64,000 nt of DNA, taken from NCBI RefSeq assembly GCF_009914755.1, contig NC_060944.1. One strand, written 5' to 3'. Below the pieces are notes generated by a model. That model worked only from the letters and a program-made list of their open reading frames with translations, was not told where the DNA came from and did no database searches. This document shows, piece by piece, positions 43,601 through 58,600 of this stretch. Origin of the DNA: the human T2T-CHM13v2.0 reference genome, Homo sapiens. Position 1 is the stretch's first letter, and each line of letters opens with the position of its first letter. The translations under genes were made by a program, and so were the position numbers.

Positions 43601-46600
43601 GAGTGGAATGGAATTGAATAGAATCAACCATAATGGAATGGAATGAAATGAAATGGAATGGAATCAACCCGAAAGGAATGGAATGAAATGAAATGGAACG
43701 CAAAGAATGGAATCAAACTGAGTGGAACGGAATGGAATGGAAAGGAATGAAATGGAATGCAATGGAAAGAAATCAACCCGAGTGCAATGGAAAGGATTGG
43801 AATGGAAAGGAATGGAATGGAGTGGAATCAACAAGAGTGGAATATAATGGAATGCTTGTAATGGAACGGAATAGAATGCAATTGAATGGAATGGAATGTT
43901 ATGGAATCAACCCTAGTGGATCAGAATGGAAAGGAATGGAATGGAATAGAATCAACCGGAGTGGAATGGAATGGATTGGAATGGAATGGAATGGAATCAA
44001 ACCAAGTGGAATGGAATATATTGGAATTGAATGGAATTGAATGAACCCAAGTGGAATGGAATGGAATGGAATGGAATTGAATGGATAGGAATGGAATGGA
44101 ACAGAATGTAGTCAACCCGAGTGGAATGGAATGCAATGGATTGGAATGGAATGCAATGGAATCAACCCGAGTGGAATGGAATGGAATGGAAAGGAATCAA
44201 CCAGAGGGGAATGTAATGTAATGGAATGGAATGAAATGGAATGATATGGAATCAAACCGAGTGGAATGGTGTGGCATGGAATGGAATGGAATGCAATGGA
44301 ATGGAATGGAATGGAATGGAATGCAATGGAATGGAATGGAATGGAATGGAATGCAATGGAATGGAAACAACACGAGTGCAATGGAATTGAATGGAATGGC
44401 ATGGAATGGAATGGAATGGAATGGAATGCAATGAAATATAGTGGAATCAACCCGAGTGGAATGGAATGGAAAGAATGGAATGGAATGGAAAGAAATGGAA
44501 TGGAATGAAATGGAATGGAATCAACACGAGTGGAATGGAATGGAATGGAATGGAATGCAATGCATTGGAATCAAGTCAAGTACAATGGAATGGAATGGAA
44601 TGGAATGGAGTGGAATCAACCCGAGTGGAATGGCATGGAATCGAATGGAATGGAAGGGAAGGGAAGGGAAGAGAATGCAATGGAATCAACTATAATGGAA
44701 CGGAATGGAATGGAATGGAATGGAATGGAATGGAATGGAATAGAGTTTAATGGAATGGAATCAACGCGATTGCAATGGAATGGAATGGAATGGAATAGAA
44801 TGGATTGGAATGAAATGGAATGAACCCGATTGGAATGCAACGGAATGGAATGGAATGGAATGGAATGGAATGGAATGGAATAGAATGGAATCCACCCGAC
44901 TGCAATGGAGTGGAATGGAATGGAATGCAATGGAAAGGAATGGAATGGAATGGATTGGAATCAACCCGAGTGGAATGGAATGGAATGGAATGGAACGGAA
45001 TCACCTGGAATGCAATGGTGTTTAATGGAATGGAATGGAATTGAATGGAATGGAATAGAATGGAGTGGAATCAACCCCAGTGGAATGGAATGGAGCGGAA
45101 TGGAAAGGAATGGAATGGAGTCAACTGGTATGACATGGTATTTAATGGCATGGAAAGGAATGGAATGGAATGGAAACAACCAGAGTGGAAATCAATGGAA
45201 TGGAACGGAATGGAATGTAAGGAATGGAATGGAATTGAATGGAGTCAACGCGATTGGAATGAAATGGAATGGAACTGAATGGAATGGAATGGAATGGAGT
45301 GGAAAGGAATCAACCCAAGTGGAATGGAATGGATTGGAATGGAATGCTATGGAATTGAATGGAGAGGAATCAAACCGAGTGGAATGGAATGGAATGGAAT
45401 GGAAATGGAATGAGACGGAATGGAATGGAATGAAACGTAATGCAAGTGAATAAAATAGAATGGAATCAACTGGAATGGAGTGGTATGGAAAGGAATGGAA
45501 TGGAATGGATAAACCCGAGTGCAATGGAATGAGTGGAATGGAATGGAACGGAAATGAGTGGAATGGAATGGAATCACTGCGATTGGAATGGTATGGAATG
45601 GAATGGAATGGAATGGAATGGAATGGAATCAAAAAAAGAGGAATGGAATGGGACGGAATGGAATGGAAAGGAATGTAATGGAATGGAATGGAATCAACCC
45701 GAGTGTAATGGAAAGGAATGGAAAGAATAGAACGGAATGGAATGGAATGGAATGGAATGGAATGGAATGGAATCAATCCAAGAGGAAATGGAATGGAATG
45801 GAATCGGATAGAATGGAGTGGAATCACCCAAGTGGAATGGAATGGAATGGAGTGGAATGGAATCAACCAGAATGGAATGGAACGAATTGGAATGGAATGG
45901 AATGGAATGGAATGGAATGGAATGGAATGGAATGGAATGGAATCAAGCCGACTAGAATGGAATGCAATGGAATGGAAGGGAATGTAATGTAATGGAATGG
46001 AATGGAATGGAATGGAATGGAATGGAATGGAATGGAGTGGAATATAATCAAGTGGAATGGAATGGAATGGAATGCAATGGAATGGAATGGAATGGAAGCA
46101 AGCTGAGAGGAATGGAATGGAATGGAATGGAATGGAATGGAATAGAATGGAATCAAGCCTAATGGAATTGAATGGAAAGCAATGGAATTGAATCAACCTG
46201 AAAGGAATGGATTACAATTTAATGGAGTGGAATGGAATGGTATGGAATGGAATGGAATCAACACAAGTGGAATGGAAAGAAATGTAATGGAGTGGAATGG
46301 AATGGAATGGAATGAAATGGAATTCAATGGAATTAAGCCGAGTGGAATTGAAAGGAATGAAATGGAATGGAATGGTTTCAAATGAAATGGAATTGATTGG
46401 TATGAAATTGAAAGGAATCAACCTGAAAGGAATATAGTACAATGGAATGGAATGGAATGGAATGGAATGGAATGGAATGGAATGGAATGGAATGGAATGG
46501 AATGCAAACGAATGTTATTTAATGGAATGGAATACAATGGAATAAAATGGAATGGAATCCACATAAGTGGAATGGAATGGAATGGAAAGGGAAGGAATGG

Positions 46601-49600
46601 AATGCAATGGAATGGAATGGAATGGAATGGAATGGAATGGAATGGAATCAACCCGAATGGAATGCAGTGGAATGCAATGGAATGGAATGGAATGGAATGC
46701 AATGGAATGGAATACAATGGAATGGAATCAACACGATTGGAATGGAATGGAATGGAATGGAATCAACCCGAGTGTATTAGAATGGATTGGAATGGAATGG
46801 AGTGGAATGGAAACAACCCGAGTGGAATGGAATGGAATGGAATGGAATGCAATGGAATGGAATGGAACGGAATCAACCCGAGTGGAATGGAATGGAATGG
46901 AATGGAATGGAATGGAATGGAATGCAATGCAATGGAAACAACAGGAGTGCAATGGAATTGATTGTAATGACATGGAATGGCATGGAATGGAATGGAATGG
47001 AATGGAATGGAATGGAGTGTAATCAACTCGAGTGGAATGGAATGCAAGGAATGGAATGGAATGGAATGGAATGGAAACCACACTAGTGGAATGGAGTGGA
47101 ATGGAATGCAATGGGTTGCAATCAAGTAGAGTAAAATGGAATGGAATGGAATGGAATGCAGTGGAATCAACCTGAGTGGAATGGAATGGAAAGGAATGGA
47201 ATGGAATGGAACGGAATGGAATGGAATGGAATGGAATGGAAAGGAATGGAATGGAATGGAATGGAATGGAATGGAATGGAATGGAAAGGAATGGAATGGA
47301 ATGGAATGGAATGGAATGGAATGGAAAGGAGTTGAATGGAATGGAATCAACGCGATTGCAATGGGATGCAATGGAATGGAATAGAATGGATTGGAATGAA
47401 ATGGAATGAATCCGAGTGGAATGCAACGGAATGGAACGGAATGGAAAGGAATGGAATGGAATGGAATGGAATGGAATGGAATGGAATGGAATGGAAAGAA
47501 ATCAACCCGTGTGGATTGCAAACTAATTGAATGGAATGGACTGAAATGCAATGGAATGGAATCAACACGAGTGGCATGGAATGGAATGGAATGGAATGGA
47601 ATCAACTCGAGTGGCATGGAATGGAATAGAATGGAATGGAATGCAATGGAATGGAATGGAATGGAATAGAAGGGAATGGAATGGAATCAAACGAAGTGGA
47701 AAGCAATGGAATGGAATGGAAACGAATGTTATTGAATGGAATGGAATCAACACGAATGAAAAGGAATCGAAAGGAATGGAATGGAATTGCATGGAATGGA
47801 ATGGTATAGAACCAAAACGAGTGGAATGGAATGGAATAGAAAGGAATGGAATGGAATACAATCAAAAAACCAGAGTTTAATGGAATGGAAACGAATGGAA
47901 TGGAATGGGATGGGATGAAATAGAATGGAATCAACCCGAGTGGAATGGAATGGAATGGAATGGAATGGAATGGAATGGAATGGAATGGAATGGAATTCCA
48001 CGAGAGGAATGGAATTGAATGGAATGGAATGGAATGGAATGGAATGGGATGGAATGGAATTGAATGGACTGAAGCCCAGTGGAAAAGAATGGAATGGAAT
48101 GAAATGGAATGCAATGCAATGGAATGGAAAGGAATCAACCGTATTGGAATGGAATGGAATGGAACAGAATGGAATGGAATGGAATGGAATGGAATCAACC
48201 CGAGTGCAATGGAATGGAAAGGAATGGAATGAAATGAAAGGGAATGGAATGGAATGGAACGCAATGGAATGGAATGGAATCAACACGAGTAGCATGGAAT
48301 GGAATGGAATGGAATGGAAGGGAATGCAATGGAATCAAATGTAATGGAATGGTATGGAATGGAATGGAAAGGAATGGCATGGAATGGAATGGAATGGAAT
48401 CAACGCGAGTTGAATGCAATGGAATAGAATGGAATGGAATGGAATCAACACGAGTAGCATGGAATGGAATGGAATGGAATGGAAGGGAATGCAATGGAAT
48501 CAAATGTAATGGAATGGTATGGAATGGAATGGAAAGGAATGGCATGGAATGGAATGGAATGGAATCAACGCGAGTTGAATGCAATGGAATAGAACGGAAT
48601 GGAATGGAATGGAATGGAATGGAATGGAATGGAATGGAATGGAGTTGAATGGAATTGAATCAACGCGATTACAATGGAATGGAATGGAATGGAATAGAAT
48701 GGATTGGAATAGAATGGATTGGAATGAAATGGAATGAACCCGAGTGGAATGCAACGGAATGGAAAGGAATGGAATGGAATGGAATGGAATGGAATGAAAT
48801 GGAATGGAATCCACTCGACTGCAATGAAGTGGAATGGAATGGAATGGAATGGAATGGATCAGAATCAACCAGAATGGAATGGAATGGAATGGAATGGAAT
48901 GGAATGGAATGGAATGGAATCACCTGGAATGCAATGGTGTTTAATGGAATGGAATGGAATTGAATGGAATGGAATGCAGTGGAATCAACCCCAGTGGAAT
49001 GGAATGGAATGGAATGGAAAGGAATGGAATGGAGTCAACTGGAATGACATGGTATTTAATGGCATGGAAAGGAATGGAATGGAATGCAAACAACCAAAGC
49101 GGAATTCATTGGAATGGAACGGAATGGAATGGAAGGAATGGAATGGAATTGAATGGAGTCAACGCGATTGGAATGAAATGGAATGGAACGGAATGGAATA
49201 GAATGGAATAGAATCAACACAAGTGGAATGGAATGGAAAGGAATAGAATTGAATGGATAGGAATGGAATGGAACAGCATGTAGTCAACCCGAGTGGAATG
49301 GAATGCAATGGATTGGAATAGAATGGAATGGAATCTACCCGAGTGGAATGGAATGAAATCGAATGGAATGGAATGGAATGGAATGGAATGGAATGGAATG
49401 GAATGGAATGGAATGGAATCAACCAGAGTGGAATGTAATGTATTGGAATGGAATGAAATGGAATGGAATGGAATCAACCCGAGTGGAATAGTGTGGCATT
49501 GAATGGAATGGAATGGAATGGAATGGAATGGAATGGAAAGGAATCAACTCATGTGGATTGCAAACGAATTGAATGGAATGGATTGGAATGCAATGGAATG

Positions 49601-52600
49601 GAATCAACACGAGTGGCATGGAATGGAATGGAATCAACACGAGTGGCATGGAATGGATTGGAATGGAATGGAATGGAATGGAATAGAAGGAAATTGAATG
49701 GAATCAAACCAAGTGGAATGCATGGAATGCAATGGAAACGAATGCAATTGAATGGAATGGAATAAACACGAATGAAATGGAATGGAATGGAATGGAATGG
49801 AATGGCATGGAATGGAATGGTATAGAACCAAAACGAGTGGAATGGAATGGAATAGAAAGGAATGGAATGGAATCCAATCGAAAAACCCGAGTTTAATGGA
49901 ATGGAAATGAATGGAATGGAATGGGATGGGATGGAATGGAATTGAATCAACCCGAGTGGAATGAAGTGGAATGGAATGGAATGGAATGGAATGGAATGGA
50001 ATGGAATGGAATGGATTGGAATTACCCGACACGAATGGAATTGAATAGATTGGAGTGGAATGGAATGGAATTTAAAGGAATCAACCTGAGTGGAATGGAA
50101 TGGAATGGAATGGAATGGAACGGAATCAAACCGAGTGGAATGGAATGGAATGCAATGGAATTGAATGGAATTTAATGGAATAAATCCGAGTGGAATGGAG
50201 TGGAATGTAATGTAATGTAATGGAATGGAATGGAATGGAATGGAATGGAATGGACTGAACCACTGTGGAAAAGAATGGAATGGAATGATATGGAATGCAA
50301 TGGAATGGAAAGGAATCAAATGTATTGGAATGGAATGGAATGGAGCAGAATGGAATGGAATGGAATGGAATGGAATGGACTGAACCCCAGTGGAAAAGAA
50401 TGGAATGGAATGATATGGAATGCAATGGAATGGAAAGGAATCAACTGTATTGGAATGGAATGGAATGGAGTGGAATGGAATGGAATGGAATGGAATGGAA
50501 TCAACCCGAGTGTAATGGAATGTAAAAGAATGGAATGGAATGGAATGGAATGGAATCAACACGATTGGCATGGAATGGAATGGAATTGAATAGAATGGAA
50601 TCAACTTGACTGGCATGGAAAGGAATGGAATGGAAAGGAATTTAATGGAATGGAATGGAATCAACCCGAGTGGAATGGAAAGGAATGGAAAGAATGGAAT
50701 GGAATGGAATGGAATGGAATGGAATGGAATGGAATCAATCCAAGAGGAAAGGAATGGAATGGAATGGGATAGAATGGAGTGGAATCACCCAAGTGGAATG
50801 GAATGGAATGGAGTGGAATGGAATCAACCAGAATGGAATGGAACGAATTGGAATGGAATGGAATGGAATGGAATCAAGCCGAGTAGCATGGAATGTAATG
50901 GAATGGAAGGGAATGGAATGGAATGGAATGGAATGGAATGGAGTGGAATCTAATCAAGTGGAATGGAATGCAATGGAATGGAATGGAGTGGAATCTAATA
51001 AAGTGGAATGGAATGCAATGGAATGGAATGGAATGGAAGCAAGTTGAGTGGAATGGAATGGAATGGAATGGAATGGAAAGGAATGGAATACAATGCAATC
51101 AAGCGTAATTGAATTGAATGGAAGACAATGGAATCGAATCAACCCAAAAGGAATGGATTACAATTTAATGGAGTAGAATGGAATGGAATGGAATGGTATG
51201 GAATGGAATGGAATCAACACAAGTGGAATGGAATGTCATGTAATTGAGTGGAATGGAATGGAATAGAATGGAATGGAATGGAATGGACTTCAATGGAATT
51301 AACCCGAGTGGAAATGAAAGGAATGGAATGGAATGGTTTCAACTGGAATGGAATTGATTGGAATGTAATTGAATGGAATCAACCTGAAAGGAATGTAGTA
51401 CAATGGAATGGAATGGAATGGAATGGAATGGAATCGAATGGAAGGGAATGGAATGGAATCCACATAAGTGGAATGGAATGGAATGGAATGGGAAGGAATG
51501 GAATGGAATGGAATGGAATGGAATGGAATGGAATGGAGTGGAATCAACCCGAATGGAATGCAGTGCAATGGAACAGAATGGAACGGAATGGAATGGAAAG
51601 GAATGCAATGGAATGGAACGGAATCAACACGATTGGAATGGAATGGAATGGAATGGAATGGAATGGAATGGAAAGGAATGGAATGGAATAAACACGAGTG
51701 TATTAGAATGGATTGGAATGGAATGGAGTGGAATGGAATGAACCCGAGTGGAATGGAATGAAATGGAATGGAATCAACTCGAGTGGAATGGAAAGGATTG
51801 GAATGGAATGGAATGGAATGGAATGGAATGGAGTGCAATGGAATGTAGACGAAACGAGTGCAATGGAATTGAATGGAATGGCATGGAATGGAATGGAATG
51901 GAATGGAATGGAATGGAATGGAATGGAGTGGAATGAACCCAAGTGGAATGGAATGGAAGGAATGGAATGGAATGGAATGAAATGGAATGGAATGGAATGG
52001 AATCAACACGAGTGGAATGGAATGGAATGGAATGCATTTGATTGGAATCAAGTCGAGTACAATGGCATGGAATGGAATGGAATGGAATGGAATGGAATGG
52101 AATGGAATCAACCCGAGTGAAATGGAATGGAATGGAATAGAATGGAATGGAAAGGAAGGGAAGGGAATGCAGTGGAATCAACTGTAATGGAATGGTATGG
52201 AATGGAATGGAAATGAATGGAATGGAATGGAATGGAATGGAATGGAATGGAATGGAATCAACGCGAGTTGAATGCAATGGAATGGAACGGAATGGAATGG
52301 AATGGAATGGAATGGAATGGAATGGAATGGAATGGAATGGAATAGAATGGAGTTGAATGGAATGGAATCAACGCCATTGCAATGGAATGGAATGGAATGG
52401 TATAGAATGGATTGGAATGAAATGGACTGAAAACGAGGGGAATGCAACGGACTGGAACAGAATGGAACGGAATGGAATGGAATGGAATGGAATGGAATCA
52501 ATAGAATCCACTCGACTGCAATGGAGTGGAATGGAATGGAATGGAAAGGAATGGAATGGAATGGATTGGAATCAAACCGAGTGGAATGGAATGCAATGGA

Positions 52601-55600
52601 ATGGAATGGACTGGAATGGAATGGAATCACCTGGAATGCAATGATGTTTAACGGAATGGAATCGAATTGAATGGAATGGAATGCAGTGGAATCAACCCCA
52701 GTGGAATGGAATGGACCAGAATGGAAAGGAATGGAATGGAGTCAACTGGAATGACATGGTATTTAATGGCATGGAATCGAATGGAATGGAATGGAAACAA
52801 CCAGAGTGGAATTCAATGGAAAGGAACGGAATGGAATGGAAGGAATGGAATGGAATTGAATGGATTCAACGCGATTGGAATGAAATGGAATGGAACGGAA
52901 TGGAATAGAATGGAATGGAATCAACTCAAGTGGAATCAAATGGAATGGAATGGAATTGAATGGATAGGAAAGGAATGGAACAGAATGTAGTCAACCCGAG
53001 TGGAATGGAATGCAATGGATTGGAATAGAATGGAATGGAATCAACCCGAATGGAATGCAATGGAATGGAATGGAATGGAATGGAATGGAATGGAATGGAA
53101 TGAAATGGAATGCAATCAAACAGAGTGCAATGTAATGTATTGGAATGGAATGAAATGGAATGGAAAGGAATCAAACCGAGTGGAATGGTGTGGCATGGAA
53201 TGGAATGGAATGGAATGGAAAAGAATCAACCCGTGTGCATTGCAAACGAATTTAATGGAATGGATTGGAATGCAATGGAATGGAATCAACACGAGTGGCA
53301 TGGAATGGAATGGAATGGAATGGAATCAACACGAGTGGCATGGAATGTAATGGAATGGAATAGAAGGGAATGGAAAGGAATCATCCCAAGTGGAATGCAA
53401 TGGAATGGAATGGAAACGAATGCAATTGAATGGAATGGAATGGAATGGAATGGCATGGAATGGAATGTTATAGAACCAAAACGAGTGGAATGGAATGGAA
53501 TAGAAAGGAATGGAATGGAATGCAATCGAAAAACCCGAGTTTAATGTAATGGAAAGGAATGGAATGGAATGGGATGGGATGGATTGGAATGGAATCAACC
53601 CGAGTGGAATGAAATGGAATGGAATGGAATGGAATGGAATGGAATGGAATGGAATGGAATGGAATTACCTGAGAGGAATGGAATTGAATGGATTGGAATG
53701 GAATGGAATGGAATGAAATGGAATGGAATGGAATGGAATTTAATGGAATCAACCTGGGTGTAATGGAATGGAATGGAATGGAACGGAATCAAACCGAGTG
53801 GAATGGAATGGAATGGAATGGAATGGAATGGAATGGAATGGAATGCAATGGAATGGAATTTAATGGAATGAATCCGAGTGGAATGGAATGGAATGGAATG
53901 GACTGAACTGCAGTGGAAAATAAAGGAATGGAATGAAATGGAATGCAATGGTATGGAAAGGAATCAACCGTATTGGAATGGAATTGAATGGAAAGGAATG
54001 GAATGGAATGGAATGGAATGGAATGGAATGGAATGGAATCATCCCGAGTGTAATGGAATGGAAAGGAATGGAATGGAATGGAATGGAATGGAATGGAATG
54101 GAATGGAATGGAATGGAATGGAATCAACACGAGTTGCATGGAATGGAATGGAATTTAATAGAATGGAATGAAATGGAATGGAATGGAATCAACACGAGTG
54201 GCATGAAAGGAATGGAATGGAATGGAATGGAATGGCATGGAATGGAATAGAAGGGAATGGAATGGAATGAACCCAAGTGGAATGCAATGGAATGGAATGG
54301 AAAGGAATGGAATTGAATGGAATGGAATCAACACGAATGAAATGGAATGGAATGGAATGGAATGGAATGGAATGGAATGGAATGGAATGGAATGGTATGG
54401 AATGGAAGGGTATAGAACCAAAACGAGTGGAATGGAATGGAATAGAAAGGAATGGAATGGAATGCAATGGAAAAACCCGAGTTTAATGGAATGGAATGGA
54501 ATGGAATCAACCAGAGTGGAATGGAATGGAATGGAATGGAATGGAATGGAATGGAATTGAATGGATTGGAATGGAATGGAATGGAATGGAATCAACCTTA
54601 GTGGAATGGAATGGAATGGAATGGAACGGAATCAAACCGAGTGGAATGGAATGGAATAGAATGGAATGGAATTAAACAGAGTGGATTGGAAAGGAGTGGA
54701 ATGGAATGAAATGGAATGGAATGGAATTTCATGGAATCAACCCGAGTGGAATGTAATGTAATGGAATGGAATGGAATGGAACGGAATGGAATCAACCCGA
54801 TTGGAATGGAATGGAATGGAATGGATGGGAATGGAATAGAAGGGAATGGAATGGAATCGAATCAAACGGAGTGGAATGCAATGTACTGGAATGGAATAGA
54901 ATGGATTGGAATGGAATGGAACGGAATGGAATTGAATGGAATGGAATGGAATGGAATCAAACGAGTGGAAAGGAATGGAATGGAATGGAATGGAATCGAA
55001 TGGAATGGAATGGAATGGAATTGAATCAACTCAAGTGCAATTGAATGGAATGGAATGGAATGGAATCAAACCGAGTGGAATGGAATGGAATGGAATGGTT
55101 TGCAATGGAATGGAATGGAATAGAATCCAACAGAGTGGAATGAAGTGGAATGGAATGGAAGGGAATGGAATGGAATTTAATGCATTCAACCCGAGTGTAA
55201 TGGTGTGGAATGGAATGGAATGGAATGGAAAGGAGTAAATTAGAATGGAACGGAGTCAACTAGAGTGGAATGGAATGGAATGGAACGGAATGAAATAGAA
55301 TGCAATCAACCCCAGTGCAGTGCAATGGAATGGAATGGAATAGAATGAAATGGAATGGAATCAAACCGAGTGAAATGGGAAGGATTGCAATGGAATGGAA
55401 TGCAATGCAATGGAATGGAATGGAATGGAATGGAATGGATTGGAATGGAATGGAATCAACCCGAGTGGAATGGTATGGAATGGAATGGAATGGAAGGGAA
55501 TCAATCCAAGTGGAATGGAATGGAATGGAATGGAATGCCATGCAATGGAATGGAATGGAATGGAATGGAATGCCATGCAATGGAATGGAATGGAATGAAA

Positions 55601-58600
55601 TGGAATGGAATGAAGCCGAGTGGAATGGAATGGAGTGGAATGGAATTGAATAGAATTAACCATAATGGAATGGAATGAAATGAAATGGAATGGAATCAAC
55701 CCGAAAGGAATGGAATGCAATGAAATAGAACACAAAGGAATGGAATCAAACCGAGTGTAAAGGAATGGAATGGAAAGGAATGAAATGGAATGCAATGGAA
55801 AGGAATCAACCGGAGTGCAATGGAAAGGATTGGAATGGAAAGGAATGGAATGGAATGGAATGGAGTGGAATTAACAAGAGTGGAAGAGAATGGAATTCTT
55901 GTAAAGGAACGGAATAGAATGGAATGGAATGGAATGGTATGGAATCAACCCTAGTGGATTGGAATGGAAAGGAATGGAATGGAATGGAATCAACCGGAGT
56001 GGAATGGAATGGAATGGAATGGAATGGAATGGAATCAAACCAAGTGGAATGGAATATATTGGAATTGAATGGAATTGAATCCACCCAAGTGGAAAGGAAT
56101 GGAATGGAATTGAATGCGTAGGAATTGAACGGAACAGAATGTAGTCAACCCGAGTGGAATGGAATGCAATGGATTGGAATGGAATGCAATGGAATCAACT
56201 CGAGTGGTATGGTGTGGCATGGAATGGAATGGAATGGAATGGAATGGAATGGAATGGAATGGAATGCAATGCAATGGAATGGAAACAACACGAGTGCAAT
56301 GGAATTGAATGAAATGGCATGGAATGGAATGGAATGGAATAGAGTGGAATCAACACAAGTGGAATGGAATGGAAGGATTGGAATAGAATGCAATGAAATG
56401 GAATGGAATGGAATGGAATGGAATCAACACGAGTGGAATGGAATGGAATGGAACAGAATGCAATGGATTGGAGTCAAGTCGAGTACAATGGAATGGAATG
56501 CAATGGAATGGAATGGAGTGGAATCAACCCGAGTGGAATGGAATGGAATGGAATGGAATGGAATGGAATGGAATGGAATGGAATGCAATGCAGGGGAAGG
56601 GAATGCAATGGAAACAACTGTAATGGAATGGTATGGAATGGAATGGAAAGAAATGGAATGGAATGGAATGGAATCAACGAGAGTTTAATGCAATGGAATG
56701 GAACGGAATGGAATGGAATGGAATGGAGTTGAATGGAATGGAATCAACTCGATTGCAATGGAATGGAATGGAATAGAATGGATTGGAATGAAATGGAATG
56801 AACCCGAGTGGAATGCAATGGAATGGAACGGAATGGCATGGAATAGAATGGAATGGAACGGAATCAACCCGAGTGGAATGGAAAGGAATGGAATGGAATG
56901 GAATGGAATGGAATGGAATGGAATGGAATGGAATCAATCCAAGAGGAAAGGAATTGAATGGAATGGGATAAAATGGAGTGGAATCACCCAAGTGGAATGG
57001 AATGGAATGGAGTGGAATGGAATGGAATCAAGCCGAGTAGATTGGATTGCAATGGAATGGAAGGGAGTGGAATGGAATGGAATGGAATGCAAGGGAATGG
57101 AATGGAGTGGAATCTAACCAAGTGGAATGGAATGGAATGGAATGGACTGCAGTGGAATGGAATGGAATGGAAGGAAGCTGAGTGGAATGGAATGGAATGG
57201 AATGGAATCGAATGGAATGGAATGGAATTTAATTGAATCATCTCAAGTGCAATGGAATGGAATGGAATGGAATGGAATGGAATGGAATGGAATCAAACCG
57301 AGTGGAATGGAATGGAATGGAATGGAATGGTTTGCAATGGAATGGAATGGAATAGAATCCAACAGAGTGGAATGGAGTGGAATGGAATGGAAGGGAATGG
57401 AATGGAATTTAATGCAATCAACCCAAGTGTAATGGTGTGGAATTGAATGGAATGGAATGGAACGGAATAATTTGGAATGGAACGGAGTCAACAAGAGTGG
57501 AATGGAATGGAATGGAACGGAATGAAATAGAATGCAATCAACCCCAGTGGAGTGCAATGGAATGGAATGGAATAGAATGGAATGGAATAGACTGAAATGG
57601 AATGGAACCAAACCGAATGAAATGGGAAGGATTGGAACTGAATGGAATGGAATGGAATGGAATGGAATGGAATGGAATGGATTGGAATGGAATGGAATCA
57701 ACCCGAGTGGAATGGTATGGAATGGAATGCAATGGAAGGGAATCAATCCAAGTGGAATGGAATGGAATGGAATGAAATGGAATGGAAAGAAGCCGAGTGG
57801 AATGGAATGGAGTGGAATGGAATTGAATAGAATCAACCATAATGGAATGGAATGAAATGAAATGGAATGGAATCAACCCGAAAGGAATGGTATGGAATGA
57901 AATAGAACGCAAAGGAATGGAATCAAACCGAGTGGAACGGAATGGAATGGAAAGGAATGAAATGGAATGCAATGGAAAGGAATCAACCGGAGTGCAATGG
58001 AAAGGATTGGAATGGAACGGAATGGAATTGAATGGAATGGAATGGAATGGAATCAAACGAGTGGAAAGGAATGGAATGGAATGGAATGGAATCGAATGGA
58101 ATGGAATGGAATGGAATGGAATCAACTCAAGTGCAATTGAATGGAATGGAATGGAATGGAATCAAACCGAGTGGAATGGAATGGAATGGAATTGTTTGCA
58201 ATGGAATGGAATGGAATAGAATCCAACAGAGTGGAATGAAGTGGAATGGAATGGAAGGGAATGGAATGGAATTTAATGCAATCAACCCGAGTGTAATGGT
58301 GTGGAATGGAATGGAATGGAATGGAAAGGAATAAATTAGAATGGAACGGAGTCAACTAGAGTGGAATGGAATGGAATGGAACGGAATGAAATAGAATGCA
58401 ATCAACCCCAGTGGAGTGCAATGGAATGGAATGGAATAGAGTGAAATGGAATGGAATCAAACCGAGTGAAATGGGAAGGATTGGAATGGAATGGAATGCA
58501 ATGGAATGGAATGGAATGGAATGGATTGGAATGGAATGGAATCAACCCGAGTGGAATGGTATGGAATGGAATGGAATGGAAGGGAATCAATCCAAGTGGA

